From Podarcis pityusensis (taxonomy: Eukaryota), in NCBI GenBank assembly GCA_964106645.2, contig OZ067043.1: a stretch of DNA of 64,000 nt; one strand, written 5' to 3'. How positions within the stretch are numbered: position 1 is the stretch's first letter; each line of letters starts with the position of its first letter. Below, in pieces: positions 25,093 through 36,464 of this stretch. The notes under the pieces are model-generated. The model did not search any database, was not told the origin of the DNA, and saw only the letters and a program-made list of their open reading frames with translations. The position numbers and the translations under genes were made by a program.

Positions 25093-25616
25093 TGTCCCGC
25101 ACCCTATCCACAGGGTGGATCCTTCTGAATTCAGTCCTCTCTGGGTGCTGGTTGCTGAGTGGCTCCCACAAGGCTCAGTGACAACCCTCACCTCTCCACC
25201 AACTGTCTCTTCTGAATGCACTGCTATCCAGCACAGGTTGCTTCCATGCTAAGGTCCTTAAGTACTCCAGAGACGTTGCTTTTTGCAGTCGGCTGGAAGT
25301 AGAACTAAACTGTGGTTCCATATAGCACTTACGTAGCACTGTGTTTCCCGTAACACTCCTACAATAGTCATTCTGACAGGTTCAGAAGACCACGCATGGA
25401 GGCAGCTGGTTATCATAGTTTTGTGGGAGATGCCCTTGCACCCTACTGTCCTTTCATGAGCATAGGGTGCAGGATTGCACTCTCTGTTCTTTCCGTGTTA
25501 CTAAATGCTGGGGTATGACATAATCTGGCTTACTTCAAATGAAAGGTGGGGGCTCTGAGAGATGCAAATGACATTTTCTATAGTCCCACTCACACTTCGT
25601 TTTATGTTGTCTTTAG

Positions 25617-25685
25617 AGAACATCTGATGGCTTTGACTCGGTCCCACTGAAGACCTCCTCTGGCACCACTGACATGGATCTTTAG
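25617..25685 (+). CDS. ELAPOR1: ELAPOR1 last coding exon (~22) with stop codon
   Basis: ctttag|AGA...CTT TAG; RTSDGFDSVPLKTSSGTTDMDL*. Confidence 0.92.
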   Translation, partial: RTSDGFDSVPLKTSSGTTDMDL

Positions 25686-28600
25686 GAATGGATTGCCCAC
25701 CTCCCATGCCTTTCCTGCAGGATGCTTTGGGAGTTCTCCTTGGTTAATCCCTGCACTTTGATGAACTTGCCATGTGGCCTTATTGGATACACTTTTAACT
25801 TCAGCTTCTTACTGTACTTTTTTAAAACCGAAAATTTTAACATTCCCTCCCGAAAGAAAACCATGCCAAATACAACTGTGCTTTTAAAATTATATGTAGA
25901 TATATATTTGTATGTTTCCTGCGCTCCCTACCCACTCTTCTGTAATGCTTTTGGGTTTTACCTTTCAACAAAAGTTGTTCTATGCTGGTGACAATAGCTG
26001 CATTTCCTCTCTCCCCTAACACCAGAAATGTGTAAAATAGCCCAAGATATCATTGCCATTAATTAAGTCAGCCCATTGAGGCAGGCTCCTAAGGCTGCAA
26101 TCCTTACCTGGGGGAAGTATATATGCACACAGCTGCTCTGTAAATGTTCGTTTCATTTTAACACCAACTTGACTTTCAAAATACTTTCTCTGTGTACTAA
26201 AGCAGCAACGGTATTTTGTCAAACAGTAGTGAGGCTTGCCTGCCTCATTAAGAACCCTTCAGAAGAGATACAATGCATTGGGCTCAAATTGCAAAGTTCT
26301 GCACTCCGCCCACCAGTCTCACTTTTATAGGTTGACTGTTTCTTACGCCAGAGCAGTCTGCAATGACTTTGCAAGTGACAATTCCATTAAAGGCTCCCTA
26401 AATTCCATCATAGTAGAATCTGCATGTGGTCCAGTCTGGAAGGAGTATACTTCAATCATTTAGAAAGGGTATGACTTAAACATTGAAAGGATTATGGCCC
26501 AGAGTAGCTGGATTTTCCTCGTCTGTTTGTATAGCGATGACTTATGGAGAAATGCTGTGCAGTCTTGCATCTTGTTTGTTGACCTTTAGTTTTAAAACAA
26601 TAAGGGAATCATTTATCCCTGTGCTGACTTTCTCCAATACTTGAAAACTCTGATCCTAGGATATTGGGGCAGGGGGTGTTATTTTTTATGTGACTTCAGA
26701 ATTACCATCCAGGAAAATGTGTGCCTATTGTCCATGCCCCATTAGAACACTTTCCTTTGGAGAAGCAAAAGTATAATACTTTACACAATATCAAGAATCA
26801 GGCGGATCTTCCAGCACAATTATCCTGCATGAACACCAAAAGAATTAATACTTACTTCTTTTCAAGTTATATGAATTACAGGTGCTAGATCTGTGGCTGT
26901 GATTATCAAGTATGCCATGGCAAATAGAGACCGGAGAATTACAGTCAATCATTTCCCTGTCAGGCCCAAGGATGAGTGGAAAAGCTTTTAGAAAAAAAGC
27001 TCTCGACCATGAATTACAGAATTCAGCTTAAAGCAAATCCAGCTCCTCAACTTTCACTGGGGAAATAGGTAACATGTTTATCATTTTATGCCATTTCCTT
27101 GCCTGATCTTTATCCAGAAATATCCCTTCCTACCCCTGCACAGCCCTCTGTTGCTGTTTTTTGACAATTCTTCCTCATGTAATTTTGTGCAGGCCTAGGC
27201 ATGCAGATTTTTTATTTGGCAAATAGTGAAGAAATAATTAGGTTTTGGTTTTAATAGCCAGTGTTATATCCAAACACAGCCACTGAATACATTACAAATG
27301 GCTGCTCCTGAATTCAGTCAACATTACTGACAACTGCCAAGCCAATGTTGACTGATTTCATCTCTCTGTTTGTTTTGGCAGGTTAAAATAGCCTTTAGTA
27401 TAAAGCACTTCAATGAAGAAAAATACAGAAACCCAGCTCCTCCTTTCAGTCATTCAGTTTTAATTCCAATGACATTACTCTTAATTCTGCTTTCAGTAAC
27501 TTTCTCAATTTCCACACACTCTACTTTTCTATCTATATTGTACAAGTGTTCAACAACAACAACAACAACTTACCTTTAGAGCAGCTGGGAGGAATTCGTA
27601 CAACTGCAGGTAAGGAGGGCTAACCTTGGCTTAGGTTGACTTTAGTTTATTGGGATTTGTAATTCTGTTGCTGTTCCTTCAGGAGAAGAAATTAAAGATG
27701 GCGGTGGGCAGTATTATAGGTTATGGGAAATGGAGTAATTGAGGAGCTGCCATATATGGTGGATGGGCTGCATTTTATTTGGTGAGTTACCCTGCGGAGG
27801 CTTGTGGATGTTTTTCCCCTTAGCATAATGCTGCTTACATCAACAGTGAAATGTCACCGTACCATAAACTTTGATATATGTCCATGTAGCTTTTCTACGG
27901 TCAGATTTCAGGCTATTCCTTGGAAGAGGAGTAGATTTATTTCTTCACCAGTGAATCCTGTGACTATGAAACCAATCCAGCAGCTAGCTTTTCCTAGTGC
28001 TAAATGCCACTGCTACCTGTTTTCAATCAGAAGGAAAATAGATTTATTTTACTTGGAAAGTACTCCAAAGCTATGGCCTAAGGAAGCCTGAGATGCTCAT
28101 CAGAGGATGAGAAAACTGACCTCAAGAGACACGAAAGAGAAACTGGCCCTTTTTAATATATTGACACATCTGAAAAATCTCTGGGCTCTGGTTCCATCGT
28201 TTTACACAAGAAAGATATATTCAGGGACAGCCAGGAATAGTTAAACTACTACTGTGGAAAGTGGCACCCTGTTGTCAAGACCCAGGATAGGGGAGAGGAG
28301 CTAGGGTAATAAGCTGTTGATAAATTGCCAGTGGTGAAGAAGGTGTTGATGGATAGCTTCCCCATTGCTTACGACAATTAGGAAGAAAGGTTAAGAGAAA
28401 CTCAGGGCTGTTTCCAAAATAAGTTCTTATGCAAACAGAACCAGAAGCACAGAGCTAGCACTAGGCAGAAAGAATACCATAAAGAGATGTGTAAACCAAG
28501 TCCAGAGTTTATTGCAGAGGTCAGCTTACCTAAGCATCTCACATCAAGCTGAAAAAGCTTATTTTCACCTTCTGCTGTTTATGCTAAAGAGAAGAAACAA

Positions 28601-28896
28601 AAGCAGCAACAAATCCTTTGGGATGATTCTGCGGCTTTGTTAACACATAGACTTAATGTTTGTATGTCTGTCATTTGTTCAGTAGTGTAAGGGGGGGGGG
28701 AGAGAGAGAGAGACAAGGGGGAGGGGCACTTGCACCAGCCACAATCTAGATAGGGTGCAAAGTAGACCTTAAAGATCAGGAAACATTTTCTTAAGAATGT
28801 AAGTGGTGCAAAAAACCCCCCACAAAATCTTTGGTTTGGAAAATTAGATGTTTTGTCAGAGTGGTAAAGGCAACAATTCACTTGGTTGGGCATGCA

Positions 28897-29065
28897 AACA
28901 TAAGAGCAGCCCTGCTGGGTCAAACCAAAGGCCCATCTCCTCCAGCTTCATGTTCTCATCATGGCCAAACTATAGGCTTCCAGGAAGCCTGCAAGCAGGA
29001 CCTAAGCACAGCAACAACAGTTGTTTCCCAGCAACACACAGCATCTGACAGTGGAGGTGGGACAT
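28897..29065 (-). mobile_element. CR1-group LINE 3' end
   Basis: aacataagagcagccctgctgggtcaaaccaaaggcccatct..ccagc...caagcagga; overlaps in sequence with 57143-57410. Confidence 0.6.
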
Positions 29066-30685
29066 GGAGAGCAACTGGGCATCCAGAATACTACATTTGC
29101 AACTTTTCCTTGGTTCTGTCCTGCAACATCACCTAGTCAAACACATTCAACCACTTCATACCATTGGGGCTGATGCAACAGGGAGTGGAGAAGAGAATCT
29201 TATGGTCAGGCAGTGGGTATTTTGTACCCCAACTTTTGAATAAATTCACGGTTGAGCAGTAAGCAGGAGGTGCAGCGAGGATGTGGAGTTTTAGCAGCAA
29301 CACCTTTAAAAGATTCAGTGCCATTCTCACCCCAGATTGTATTACTTGCTCCCCAAAGGGGGCTAATCCAAGAGTAATGCTTGTTTTTATTTGTTTAACT
29401 CCTATACTTATTATTGAGGGTAGGAAGTATCCAGACTTTCTGACCTGTGCCATTTATATGAGTTTACAGCAGTGGCCCTTCTCTGGACTTGCTCTTAAAT
29501 TTAATTCAGAGCATCAAGTGAAATCAGAAGGGTACTTTTGACGATTTCATAGAATCACTGCTTCTGTTTTTGTATGAAGTTGTGATTTATTATTCTGGCT
29601 TTTTGTCTTTGCTATATTTTGTATATGCTTGAAACTATTTATGGATTAAACCAATATCTGTAAGATTTGATTGACATACCAGATATGTTGTTGTCCTAGC
29701 AGCAATCTTCAAGGACTTTCATTGTTTGTGTGGACTAGGTTATAAGTGCTATTCAGGGACTACAATATGATACCTTTCTTACATGGATGACAATGATTTT
29801 TTGCAACTCTGTATGTTACAGAATTGATTGGATTATATTTATATAACTGTGTTTTTTCAGCTTTGTGACGATAAACTGCAGGTTAACTTGCTCTGTATGC
29901 AAAATGGGCTGGGTTCCTTTTATATATGATTTTAATAGAATTTAATAGTTTCTAGAGGCAAGAATTGCATGTACATTTTTGGGGTTAAAAACAATAACAC
30001 TTCTGAACTCGTCTGATCTCTCTTGCTTGGAGTGACATAAGGGAGATGAAGTAAAGGTGCAGAACTCTCACTATTGCATCATTTATAACAATTAAACAGC
30101 ATAAAAATTAAATATGATCTGCTTTACATCAAGATGTATTACCCATCTAGCTCAATTTTAATGGGTCTGCTATTGATTTAAATGGGTCTACAATTGAGTA
30201 TCTCTGGCTGTGCTAACTGGCAGCATGTTGTGGAATCTTAATTTTTTTCTGGCCCATCTATGTGAGATTGTGTTTAATGGGAAATACTGTAGTGTGTTTT
30301 GAAGCTGGGACACTATTCTTATAAACCACATGCTCTGCCACTGTGTTATGGTCCCACCAAAAGATGCATCTATACTGCCAGTCCTTAAATGCCTCCTTTC
30401 TCTGTATTGTTAGTTCTGTTGGTCTCACAGAATAAGAAACGTTTAAGTGAAACAAACAAACACAAAAAAGCATGGGGCATGAATTTGCTTAACCATTGCT
30501 TTTACAAGTGTGCTGTGTATTAGTATGCACCTTAAAGCTGAAGGGTCTTGAAATATTCTCCTTTTAGACTATTATGAATTTGGTCATGATAATAGGCACT
30601 CTGGCAGAACACACAAAAGCAACCAACAGGCCTCTTCTCATTGAAACCCACTCTGAACTTGCAACTTGGTTTTATTAGAAACGTG

Positions 30686-30840
30686 AGAAGCTGTATTGTA
30701 CCCAGTCAGGCCAATGTTCAACTGAGTTCAGTACTGTCTACATGGATTGGCAGTGGGCTCAAGCACTGCCCAAAGGAAGTCTTCTGCAGCCCTACTGAAA
30801 ATACCAGGGATTGATATCTCTCCCCCTTTACATGCCAAGC
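30686..30840 (-). mobile_element. Decayed tRNA-Ala-type SINE
   Basis: agtcaggccaatg..tcagtactgtctacatggattggcagtgg..cagccctac..ccagggattga, matching the 8683 copy. Confidence 0.55.
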
Positions 30841-31484
30841 AACTAACATTTAACCCACTGGTTTATTATGTATACAATACTCAACATCATTATTGGAAAT
30901 AGCTTTGAAGGTAGGTCTTCTATTTATACAAGTGGAAACAAGACCTTGTAACAGTTAATGGTTTGAGATATGGAAGAGAATTGTTTCATTGTGCACATCC
31001 AATAAAACAGTCAGGTCCTCTAGATAAAAAAAAGGGTCAAGAGCAATTAGCTTAAATTCTAGAACTGTTCTTTTTTATTAATGTTTGCCTGTGGCTTGCA
31101 GAACCATTAGGCTTCATAAAAGGCTGCTTTTTCAATGCTGTTGTGATTGTGGATGTTGTGCATGCTACCATTTTACCTTTTTAAAAAATTAAACACATGT
31201 AGCACTTCTTGCTTTAGCAACAACCAAAGCTGCAAGTTGTACAAATTCAAAACAGTTGCAAGGCATTTGTAGCATCTTGAGACATGTCCTAAATGGAGAG
31301 CTGACAACCTGATGACTTTGGGCCCTTTTGGAAGGAAAGGCGGGATCACTGAGCTCCATGAGATTGCAGTAAACCTAGTAATGCTGTCCCTGAAACAGGG
31401 AGTGCAAGTATTATTAAAACAACTGTTGTCCATCCAGGCCAGCTATGTGTTGGAAAGCATAGGATCAGATTATCGTTATTTATT

Positions 31485-31606
31485 TCATAGAATTGTAGAA
31501 TTGAAAGGGATCCTAAGGGTTATCTAGTTGAATCCCCTCCAATGCAGGATCATACCTGACAAATGGCCACCCAGCATCTGCTTAAAAACCTGAAAGGAAG
31601 GAGAGT
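31485..31606 (-). mobile_element. CR1 LINE 3' fragment
   Basis: tcatagaattgtagaattgaaagggatcc...aatgcagga...atggccacccagcatctgcttaaaaacc. Confidence 0.75.
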
Positions 31607-32061
31607 TTTCCCTTGAGTGCTAGAGACTAACAGTGTCTTTCTAACAGATGTATTTACCCAATAGGGACCGGGACATGGTGGTGCTGTGGTCTAAACCAGT
31701 GGTTCTGAATTAGCTAATTACTGATGACCCCTTATTTTTAAAAAGCCAAGTTATGGACCCCCTACTTTTGAAAAATTTGATAACTATGGTAGTTACCTGT
31801 GCAAAGCAATTTTTTTGAAGAAAATGTGGGGCAGCCCCTAATAAGCAAATAATTTTAGGTATACTAAAAAAAACAAAACACAGGACCATAAAATTTGTGC
31901 TCTTACTACAAATTGCCTATCCCCAGACAGTGGGTAAAACTTGTCTTTATTGCTCCACTACAACTGAATAATGGAATTGTGTCCCTAACTTGCTCGCTGA
32001 CTCACAGTGCTCAAACCAGCCAGCTAGGGGTTCCCAAGTCCTCACTGGGCTCTTACCTTCA

Positions 32062-32151
32062 CATAGCTGTCAACGTTTCCCTTTTTCAAAGGGAAATTCC
32101 CTTATTCCGAATAGGATTCCTCGCAAGAAAAGGGGAAAGTTGACAGCTATG
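32062..32151. mobile_element. 90-bp hAT-type MITE
   Basis: TIRs CATAGCTGTCAAC(G)TTTCCC / GGGAAAGTTGACAGCTATG; 8-bp flanking near-duplication TACCTTCA (32054-32061) / TATCTTCA (32152-32159). Confidence 0.8.
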
Positions 32152-32199
32152 TATCTTCAGCGTTAGCAATTGCTGCTGCAGTACAATGTTACCCAGCCC

Positions 32200-33250
32200 G
32201 CCCTCGAGCTCTCCTTTACTCTCTTTCTCTTCTGCGCTGTACGCTAGTCTTGCTTTGTAACCCTGACGAACCCACACTGAGCACGGAAGCCTGCAAGGCT
32301 GCTCCTGTCCGGACCATCCCAGCTCCACACTGCAGAGGACCCGCAGCCCGCCTGAGCATGCGCCACGCTTAGCGCGTGCCCTCCGGGGGGCGCTCTAAAC
32401 ACCCAACGCCCGCCCTGCGCGAGGCTCCTCCTCCTTTACGTGGGAATCTTCTGCGCACGCGCAGCGCCTTTCCCACGCCCCTCCGCGCTCGCAGTGCGCA
32501 CGCGTGGCCTCGCCGGGCTCTCCTCCTGTCGCTTTGCGCCGGGCGGGCTAGCTGTCTGTCGAGCGTCTTCCTCCGTCCTGAGCCGGCGCCGCTCCTCGGC
32601 TTCCAGTCGCTGCCCTCCGGCGCCATGGTGCTCGACCTGGACCTCTTCCGCGCCGACAAAGGCGGAGACCCTGAGCTGGTGCGGGAGACGCAGCGGAAGC
32701 GCTTCAAGGACCCGGCGCTGGTGGACGCGCTGGTGGCCGCCGACGGGGCCTGGCGGAGATGTACGTGGGGCGATGGGTGGGGTGTCGGATAAGGCTGTAG
32801 GGGTGTCGTTAGGAAAGGGGGAGAAGAGAAGGAGCGACGCCCCAGCAGGCAGCCTAAGGGGGCCTTTGCGACCCCGACACGTGTCTCCCCATCCTCACGT
32901 TTCTTCCTTGAACCTCTTTCACGCTGTCTCTGTGAGGAGCCGCGTTTGAACCCCTCGCCTCGGTGGCGTCCGGCGTGGGATGAGGGGTGAGGCCCGTGAG
33001 AAGAAAGGGGCTCCTCACGGCCGTCTCTTCCTTCCCCGCCGTCGTGTGAATGGGCACACAGACCTCTCATTCTCACTCCCCGCTCCCCGGCCATGAGATC
33101 CAACGGGGGGGGGGGGGTTATTTGCTGCTGCTGCTTTATTTCTAGGCCCCGGTCGAAGGGCAGGTTTGGAGTGGCTCTTTTGAGACATCGGGGGGAAGTC
33201 ATCCCTTCAGAGGGCTTCAGGGCGCTCCCATCTGTCTTCTGGACACCCCC
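32200..33250. promoter_or_regulatory. CpG island / SARS1 promoter with NRF1-type sites
   Basis: Sharp rise in GC and CpG around exon 1; TGCGCACGCGCA at 32452-32463; related sites at 32495 and 32353; GC-box-like CCCGCCC; no obvious TATA box. Confidence 0.85.
32625..32760 (+). CDS. SARS1: SARS1 exon 1 (coding part)
   Basis: Kozak GCCATGG; [45 protein letters not shown]; donor T|gtacgt. Confidence 0.96.
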
Positions 33251-33409
33251 CCCCCCCAAAAAGTGTAGGGTGTTGTTGTTTTAATTGTATTTCCCAATTA
33301 GGGTTTTTCTCTTCGCCGTCTTCTCTGGTGTTTCACAGCTGCATTGCCCTTTAAATGGACGGGCTTGCGATTTGGCAGGACGCTGTTCAGGCATTGGTGC
33401 TGCCTAGTC

Positions 33410-33418
33410 TGATGCAAT
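33410..33418 (+). promoter_or_regulatory. Candidate C/EBP-ATF response element (ATF4 CARE/AARE) in SARS1 intron 1
   Basis: cTGATGCAATcc fits the TGATGXAAX consensus, about 650 nt into intron 1. Confidence 0.5.
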
Positions 33419-34461
33419 CCTGCTGTAACCAGCATCATAGAAAGTGACTGGCACGCTAGAGCTCGTATCGGCCGCAGCACTGCTTCATTTTCTGTGGGCA
33501 TGTTTCCTTGCCAGCGATTTTGATAACTTGTGTTAAATGCCTTTTACATTGTGCTTTACATTGTGACAAAGCGTTGGTAATATTGCCTGCGGTGAAAGAT
33601 GTGCTTTATTACCTCTAACCAGAAAATGAGTGGGGGAAAATGGAATGGGCCTGTCACGTCAGGTGCCTGAGACCACTGCTACTCATTTAGAATCAGATGG
33701 AGGTTCACCATATGATCCTATGCCCCAAATCATCTCTCCTAGACTTCATTTTCAATATCTCCAGTATGCGGGTGGTGAAGAGTCTATGAAATGATATAGA
33801 ATTCAAATTGTAATACAATAAAATACAAAATGTAATAAGTAAAAGAATCCATCAAAATAGAATTAAAAGTTATACAGCATCTAGCAGAGTGTGTTTTAGT
33901 TGCTGTAATGAGCAGAAAAATCATTAAGTGATTTGCCAAGACCTTTAACAATTTTCAAGTAAAGCATTGCCATCAAGTACAGCGTTGCCTGCTGTCTGTA
34001 TATGGAAATTTTGGAAGTAGGATGAGGAATACTTTGAAATATATATATCCAGCAACAATAACAGCTAAAATAAAAATGAGATATTCAATTTATGCTAAAC
34101 TTCATTTTACTGTACCATGCAAAAATCATAATGAGTGTTCAGAATCGGAAGCTGCTTCCTTTGGTAGTGGGAGTGTTCTGTATTTGCAGCCTCTGAATTG
34201 CATCTTCTTGCTGAGATTAAATGAGAAAAAGCATATGCCATCACTTCCCATAATACTTTACAAACTACTATCCTTTCTCAGAGGTTGCCTGGGTATTGTA
34301 ACTTTTGCGCAGTATCATGCATAATATAAGATAAAATCTCCAGTTTAACAGAATGAACGTATTTTAATCTGTGCTACACCCATAGTAGCAGCAGCAGCAG
34401 CAGCAGCCAGATAGTTCAATAGACTTATGATTTTGTGTAGAAACTTATCCTTTAAATGTAG

Positions 34462-34617
<156 letters not shown>

Positions 34618-34799
34618 TGATGTATGCCATTTTGTTTTGTGATTAACTGTGCTAGAAAACATGTAGAGTTCAATCAGTGGCATGAAAAACGCCATTAGGG
34701 AAATAAAAGGATTGACAGATTGGGAGCTGTCCAGAAGAAAAGTGGTATGTCTGAGAGGATGATGATGAGGCAGCATGCTCAACTATACTATTAATTTAA

Positions 34800-35152
34800 T
34801 AAAGGTAAAGGGACCCCTGATCATTAGGTCCAGTCATGACCGACTCTGGGGTTGCGGCGTTCATCTCGCTTTATTGGCCGAGGGAGCCGGCATACAGCTT
34901 CCGGGTCATGTGGCCAGCATGACTTAAGCCGCTTCTGGCGAACCAGAGCAGCGCACAGAAACACCGTTTCCCTTCCTGCCGGAGCGGTACCTATTTATCT
35001 ACTTGCACTTTGATGTGCTTTCGAACTGCTAGGTTGGCAGGAGCTGGGACCAAGCAACGGGAGCTCACCCCGTTGCGGGGATTCGAACCGCCGACCTTCT
35101 GATCAGCAAGCCCTAGGCTCTGTGGTTTAACCCATAGTGCCACCCACGGCCC
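34800..35152 (-). mobile_element. Full-length Sauria-type SINE (lacertid-like) in SARS1 intron 2
   Basis: Reverse complement: GGGCCGTGGGTGGCACTATGGGTTAAACCACAGAGCC..GGTTCGAATCCC (B box)...AGAGTCGGTCATGACT...CCCTTTACCTTTA; possible TSD attt(t)aata. Confidence 0.9.
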
Positions 35153-36383
35153 ATTTTAATATTATGGAACGCTAAAGCACAAAGAAGTTGTCAAGCTGAA
35201 TTGAGCCCACTATCATCTTAGGATCACAGTCTGATTCCCTCCCACCAAGCAATGAGACAGAATCGCTTAGAACTGGGTGAGGGGAAAGTGAGTTTTAATT
35301 ATTGACTGGCCTTTCAAACTGCCTTTCATACACAGAATCTGAGGGGAGTGTACAAAATATGTAAAAATACAATAAAATGACAAACCTATGGGCCCTCAGT
35401 AGCAGTTGTAAAATACAGATACCAAGACTTTAATCCTTGCAGCTAAATCCCTGAGAAAAGAATTGCATTTTAAGTAAAGAGTGGGATAACATTGCCTCTA
35501 ATGAGAAGGAGTTCCACAAATGGGCATGTAATGACAGTGAGGGCCCACACGTGTTGGCAGGATCAGGAGACAGGCCTTCTCTTTTGCTTATGAAGTGGAT
35601 TTAGTATCTCCAAATTATTAATTTAACACTTCTGAAAGAGTACTGTTTCAGATGTTTTTCCAATTGATACTGTGTTGAAAAAATAAAGGGTGATACCAGA
35701 TTTGTTTGTTTACTGCAGGGGTGGCTACCCTCTTCTGCCCAAAGGCTGCATTACCTTTTGACCATGCCTGCAAGGTCAGCATGGCCAAAGTAAAAGTGGG
35801 TGTGGCTAAAATGAACATGTACACCATCATCCTTGCACAGGCATGCAGGGCACACATACGCCACACACAGAGACCAATAACATCCATTGGAACTATTTAT
35901 TTCCTCCCCCACCCCCAGTTTTACTCCTCAAGCTTGCAGGGCTTTAGAATGGAAATGATGGCATCAGAGACTGCCTCTACACAAAGTCCTTTGCACTGCC
36001 ATGAAGAGCAGATTGTAATATTCCACCTGTTTCAGAGCACTCTGATGGTGACAAAAGTGGAATTGTGTATATGAAGGGGGGCTTACTTGCACAGAGCCCT
36101 TAGTTTAGTCATGACCAAGTGGAACTTTGAAGGGGTCATTCTGTTCTCCTCACCCACATTAGAGCACTCCAGGAATTGCTGAGAGAGAACATGGGGATGA
36201 TATGTATGATGGATATTTTATAATCTTTACTAGGAAATGGAAACCAGTGATCTAGGCAGGTCTGCATTTGTACAATATTTGTGTAGGTATTTGTACAAAT
36301 ACAAGGTGCATTTGTAGAATATTTTTGTTCTATCGCTTTTTTATTTGCCAATTGATTGCTTTTTTTTATTTCTACATATATAG

Positions 36384-36464
36384 AAAAAAGAGCCAGTAGG
36401 AAATGATGACCACATACCAGAAAATGCACAAAATCTCGATGAACTTACAGCAGACATCTTAGCA
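36384..36464 (+). CDS. SARS1: SARS1 exon 3
   Basis: atatag|AAA...GCA|gtaagt; KKEPVGNDDHIPENAQNLDELTADILA. Confidence 0.94.

Larger units (their letters stand above)
6976..25685 (+). other. ELAPOR1: ELAPOR1 (KIAA1324/EIG121) gene span in the window: 19 coding exons, 5' exons lie upstream
   Basis: Exons join in frame (2569 nt: 1 nt completing an upstream codon + 856 codons including stop). Product has Cys-rich repeats, an M6PR-like luminal region, a TM helix, a YKYSKL tail and the C-terminus RTSDGFDSVPLKTSSGTTDMDL*, which matches ELAPOR1 rather than ELAPOR2. Position next to SARS1 agrees. Confidence 0.95.

Noticed and set aside
32376-32624. 83-codon in-frame open extension upstream of the SARS1 ATG (possible non-AUG or targeting isoform)
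   Set aside because: Begins at GTG within the NRF1-site promoter region, probably upstream of the TSS. The true ATG has a strong Kozak context, and stop-free frames are common at this GC content. Ribosome profiling could reopen it.
32369-33259. 296-aa minus-strand ORF over the SARS1 promoter
   Set aside because: CpG-island artefact antisense to exon 1; no domain features.
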